Shown here piece after piece: positions 47,771 through 50,243 of a DNA stretch of 50,243 nt; within the stretch, counting starts at the first letter, position 1, and each line of letters opens with the position of its first letter. The stretch comes from Deltaproteobacteria bacterium (GTDB lineage Bacteria > Myxococcota > Myxococcia > Myxococcales > 40CM-4-68-19), in NCBI GenBank assembly GCA_043782525.1, contig JAYWAJ010000029.1:1-50243 (forward strand), read 5' to 3'. Position numbers and translations under genes: made by a program. The notes under the pieces are model-generated. The model had not been told where the DNA came from. It saw nothing but the letters and a program-made list of their open reading frames with translations, and searched no databases.

Positions 47771-47932
47771 CTATCCCCGCCCGGGCTGCGACGGCGCGGC
47801 CACCCTCTCGATGCGGGTCCGCGGGGCAGAGGTCGATTGCGCGAACGACGCGAAGTCGACCATGGCCAGCGCGGCCATCATCACCCAGACGATTGCGAGC
47901 GCGATCGGGAACGCCAGCTTGCGAACGCCCAT
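47771..47932 (-). CDS. 53-aa single-TM miniprotein (paralogue of 40835..40996)
   Basis: Part of ORF 47771..47980. The ATG at 47932 has GGAGG 5 nt upstream. The sequence is MGVRKLAFPIALAIVWVMMAALAMVDFASFAQSTSAPRTRIERVAAPSQPGRG. It shares R-x-x-AFP-[VI]-AL-x3-W..AA and a later SAP-x-x-R with the other copy. Confidence 0.5.
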   Translation of the reverse strand: MGVRKLAFPIALAIVWVMMAALAMVDFASFAQSTSAPRTRIERVAAPSQPGRG

Positions 47933-47993
47933 GACTGCCTCCACCCCTCGCTCTGCCCTACGCCAGGGAAGTGGCGGCATTTCACCGCTGGTT

Positions 47994-48605
47994 TCAGGCG
48001 GCTCGTCCGCGCAGGAGCGGCGCCACCTCGGGCAACATGCGCTCCGCCCATTGATCGTAGCCTTCGCCGCTGGGGTGAAACCCGTCCGCCGACCACAGCT
48101 CGGGCCGCCCCGGCAGGATCTCGCGGCTCAGTCCAAACAGGTCGACCAGCGCCAGCGCGTGCCGGGCGGCGGTTGCGGTGACGTGCTCGTTGAACATCTC
48201 GATCCGCCTCTCGTAGATCCGGCGCGGCACCAGGCGCGCCACGGTCGGGGAGAGCGCGACGTCGGGGATGTTGGCGATGGCGATGGGCGCCGAGAGCTTG
48301 CGCAGCGCCACCACGATCTCCTCGAGGTTGAGGGCGAAGGCCTCGTCCGGCAGCTGCAGGCCGAGGTCGTTGATGCCGATGCCGATGGTGATCAGGCGCG
48401 GCCGCGTCCGCAGCGCCAGCGGAAGCTGGTCGGTGATCAGATCGGCGGTCGTGGCGCCGCTCTCGCTGCAGTTGACGAGCCGCAGCCCCGGATGCTCGGG
48501 CCGCAAGAGCCGCAGGAGCCGGTCCGGATATCCGCCCCCGCTCCGCGCCCCGACGCCCACCCCGGTCGAATCTCCCAGCGCCAGATAGATCTCTTCCGTC
48601 TGCAT
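47994..48605 (-). CDS. SGNH/GDSL-family hydrolase
   Basis: Block I is IYLALGDSTGVG, block III is GIGINDL, and block V is SADGFHPS. Confidence 0.85.
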   Translation of the reverse strand: MQTEEIYLALGDSTGVGVGARSGGGYPDRLLRLLRPEHPGLRLVNCSESGATTADLITDQLPLALRTRPRLITIGIGINDLGLQLPDEAFALNLEEIVVALRKLSAPIAIANIPDVALSPTVARLVPRRIYERRIEMFNEHVTATAARHALALVDLFGLSREILPGRPELWSADGFHPSGEGYDQWAERMLPEVAPLLRGRAA

Positions 48606-48711
48606 GCGGGGAATCTAGGTACGTGTGCGACCCCTGCCACCTCGCCGGGCCGGACGGAGCAGGAGCAAGGAAGCGGCGAACCCGGGCGGCAGTGCTAAGC
48701 TCGCCGGCAAA

Positions 48712-50243
48712 ATGATCTCTGGAAAGGACCTCCTCGCGCAGTTCAAGGCCGCCCCCTGGAAGTCGCCAGAGGAGATCGAGGCCTTCCTCGCCGCCGCCGA
48801 GGCGCCGGCCCCCTCCGACCTCGTCAAGGCCCTCGACCTGGTCACCGGCAAGGCGCCCGACGCCGGCGTCCAGCGCCTGCGCCTGACGGCCTTCGCGCGG
48901 CTGGTCGAGAAGAGTCCGGACAAGGCGCTCTTCATCCCGCTGGTCAAGGCGCTCAAGGGCGCCGAGCCGGCGATGCGCACCGCGCTGGCCGCGCTGGTTC
49001 CCAAGGTGAACAGCGCCACCGAGCACGCGGCGCTGGTCGAGCACCTGCGCTCCGACGACGCCGGCCTGCGCGCCACCGTCGCCCGCATCCTGCTGCAGAT
49101 CGGCGGCGGCAAGACCATCTTCGAGATCCTCTCCCGCGCGGTGGGCGAGGCCAACTTCAAGGGCCGCACCGAGGCGCTCGACGTGCTGGTGACCTTCGCC
49201 CGGCACCAGGCCATCCCGGCCCTGCAGGCGGCCATCCAGGTGGGCTCGCCCGCCGAGCGGGTCCACGCGCTCCGCCACCTCGGCGACAAGGCCGCCATGG
49301 CCAAGGATCCGGCCGGCGCGCTCAAGATCATCGCGCCGGTGCTGGACGCGCAGCAGCAGCAGGAGCCGGTGGTCATCCAGGGCATCCTGTCTTTTTCGGC
49401 CCTCTGCGCCGAGGAGGACTGGTTCGAGTACGTCGGCATCTTCCTCGACGCCGAATCGGTGGGCATGGTCAAGGCCGCGGTCGACGGGCTGCGGCGCTTC
49501 TCCTCGTCGCGGGTGATCGCCGCGCTGGAGCGCAAGCTGCGCGCCGGGCCGCGCGCCATCCGGCTGGCGGTGCTGGGCGCGCTGGAAGCCATCGGCACCG
49601 ACGCGGTGCTGCCGCCGCTGGTGGACGCGCTCGGGCACAAGCAGATCCCGGTCCGCAACCGCGGCGCCGAAGTCCTCAAGCAGCTCTCGATGGAGGGCAA
49701 GCTCGACCTCTCGCGCACGGTGGTGTGGCTGCTGCGCAGCCGCGACGTCAACGTCCGCCGCATGGCCACGGAAGTGATCCGGGCGGTGCCCGATCCCGAC
49801 CAGGTGCTCTGGCCCAAGCTGATGGGCGTGCTGCGCGACGAGGACTGGTGGGTGCGCGAGCGGGTGATGGACGCGCTGGTCGAGCTGGGCGGCAACCGGC
49901 TGACCGCGCACATGGTGCCGATGCTGGCCGATCCCTCGGACGTGATCCGCCGCTTCGCCGTCAACATCCTCGGACGGCTCAAGGACCCGAAGGCGCTCCG
50001 CTCGCTGGTCGGGACCGCGACTTCCGACACGGACTGGTGGGTGAAGGAGACGGCCATCGAGGCTGTGGCGCTGATCAACGACGTCCGCGCGGTGCCCTAC
50101 CTCGTCCATATCCTCGGCGCCGACCCGGACCTGCAAGCGGTCTGCATCCAGGCGCTCCTCGACATGGGGGCGAAGGGCGCGGCCCCGCAGGTGGCGGCGC
50201 TCTGCGCCTCGGAGAACCCCGACGTCCGCCTCGCGGCGGTCCG
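48712..50243 (+). CDS. HEAT-repeat (PBS-lyase-type) protein, 5' part (continues beyond the window end)
   Basis: Hand translation from the ATG at 48712 gives MISGKDLLAQFKAAPWKSPEEIEAFL.... It is open to the window end (510 codons). Repeated units are of the type VRxRAaeaLgxlgdpxAvpxLvxaL, for example DEDWWVRERVMDALVELGG, DPSDVIRRFAVNILGRLKDPKAL and DTDWWVKETAIEAVALINDVRAVPYLV. It is absent from the ORF track because there is no stop in the window. Confidence 0.75.
   Translation, partial: MISGKDLLAQFKAAPWKSPEEIEAFLAAAEAPAPSDLVKALDLVTGKAPDAGVQRLRLTAFARLVEKSPDKALFIPLVKALKGAEPAMRTALAALVPKVNSATEHAALVEHLRSDDAGLRATVARILLQIGGGKTIFEILSRAVGEANFKGRTEALDVLVTFARHQAIPALQAAIQVGSPAERVHALRHLGDKAAMAKDPAGALKIIAPVLDAQQQQEPVVIQGILSFSALCAEEDWFEYVGIFLDAESVGMVKAAVDGLRRFSSSRVIAALERKLRAGPRAIRLAVLGALEAIGTDAVLPPLVDALGHKQIPVRNRGAEVLKQLSMEGKLDLSRTVVWLLRSRDVNVRRMATEVIRAVPDPDQVLWPKLMGVLRDEDWWVRERVMDALVELGGNRLTAHMVPMLADPSDVIRRFAVNILGRLKDPKALRSLVGTATSDTDWWVKETAIEAVALINDVRAVPYLVHILGADPDLQAVCIQALLDMGAKGAAPQVAALCASENPDVRLAAV

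Noticed and set aside
47950-47965. Sigma-54-like string TGGCGTAGGGCAGAGC (minus strand) upstream of the second miniprotein. A similar string, CGGCAAGCCGGTTTGC, lies at 41472-41487 upstream of the kinase.
   Set aside because: In both, the GG and GC dinucleotides are separated by 11 nt rather than 10. Sigma-54 promoters are intolerant of spacing changes, and the flanking consensus bases are also poor.
47881-50136. 751-aa minus-strand ORF covering the right end of the window.
   Set aside because: The plus strand from 48712 is open to the window end and encodes regular HEAT repeats. The minus-strand product is low-complexity. The real minus-strand genes here are the GDSL hydrolase and the miniprotein.

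Overview
This is a very GC-rich (roughly 70%), gene-dense chromosomal window. A MYXO-CTERM sorting tail and Myxococcus-type cysteine-rich CGDG..EECD repeats point to Myxococcota. No rRNA, tRNA, CRISPR array or intact mobile element was seen.

Gene content, left to right:
- Divergent sulfur-oxidation pair: a Tat-dependent sulfite-oxidase-family fragment and a persulfide dioxygenase-rhodanese fusion.
- An apparently inactive trypsin-like protein, then an MFS/LysR divergent pair.
- A stand-alone adenylating enzyme, a 72-aa carrier protein and a FUSC-type membrane protein.
- A yceI operon with a four-histidine membrane protein.
- An FHA-TM-coiled-coil-lytic-transglycosylase fusion.
- A decayed IS200/RayT-like gene.
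- A 5-oxoprolinase operon (MFS, fused pxpBC, pxpA).
- Three envelope proteins: a Cys-rich lipoprotein, a MYXO-CTERM protein and an M48 lipoprotein.
- A PAS-GGDEF-EAL protein, then a DUF3015/DUF4105 pair.
- A 12-gene, 12.3-kb Alternative Complex III plus caa3 oxidase operon (actABCDEF, small membrane protein, sco, ctaCDE, subunit IV). Seven consecutive gene junctions in it are ATGA overlaps.
- An aldo/keto reductase translationally coupled to an FHA sigma-54 activator.
- Two convergent operons, each led by a paralogous 53-aa membrane miniprotein. They contain a lipoprotein, a TPR Ser/Thr kinase, a TonB-dependent receptor and a tandem-NTF2 lipoprotein.
- A GDSL hydrolase and a partial HEAT-repeat protein.

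Observations most worth follow-up:
- The twin miniprotein / sigma-54 / kinase / TonB-receptor locus.
- A 32-nt heptamer-repeat element present twice (31/32 identical) at the 5' ends of actB and actE.
- The FHA-SLT fusion.
- The adenylase-carrier-FUSC cassette.
- The four-His membrane protein next to yceI.

All calls rest on reading the translations and DNA by eye. No database search was run.
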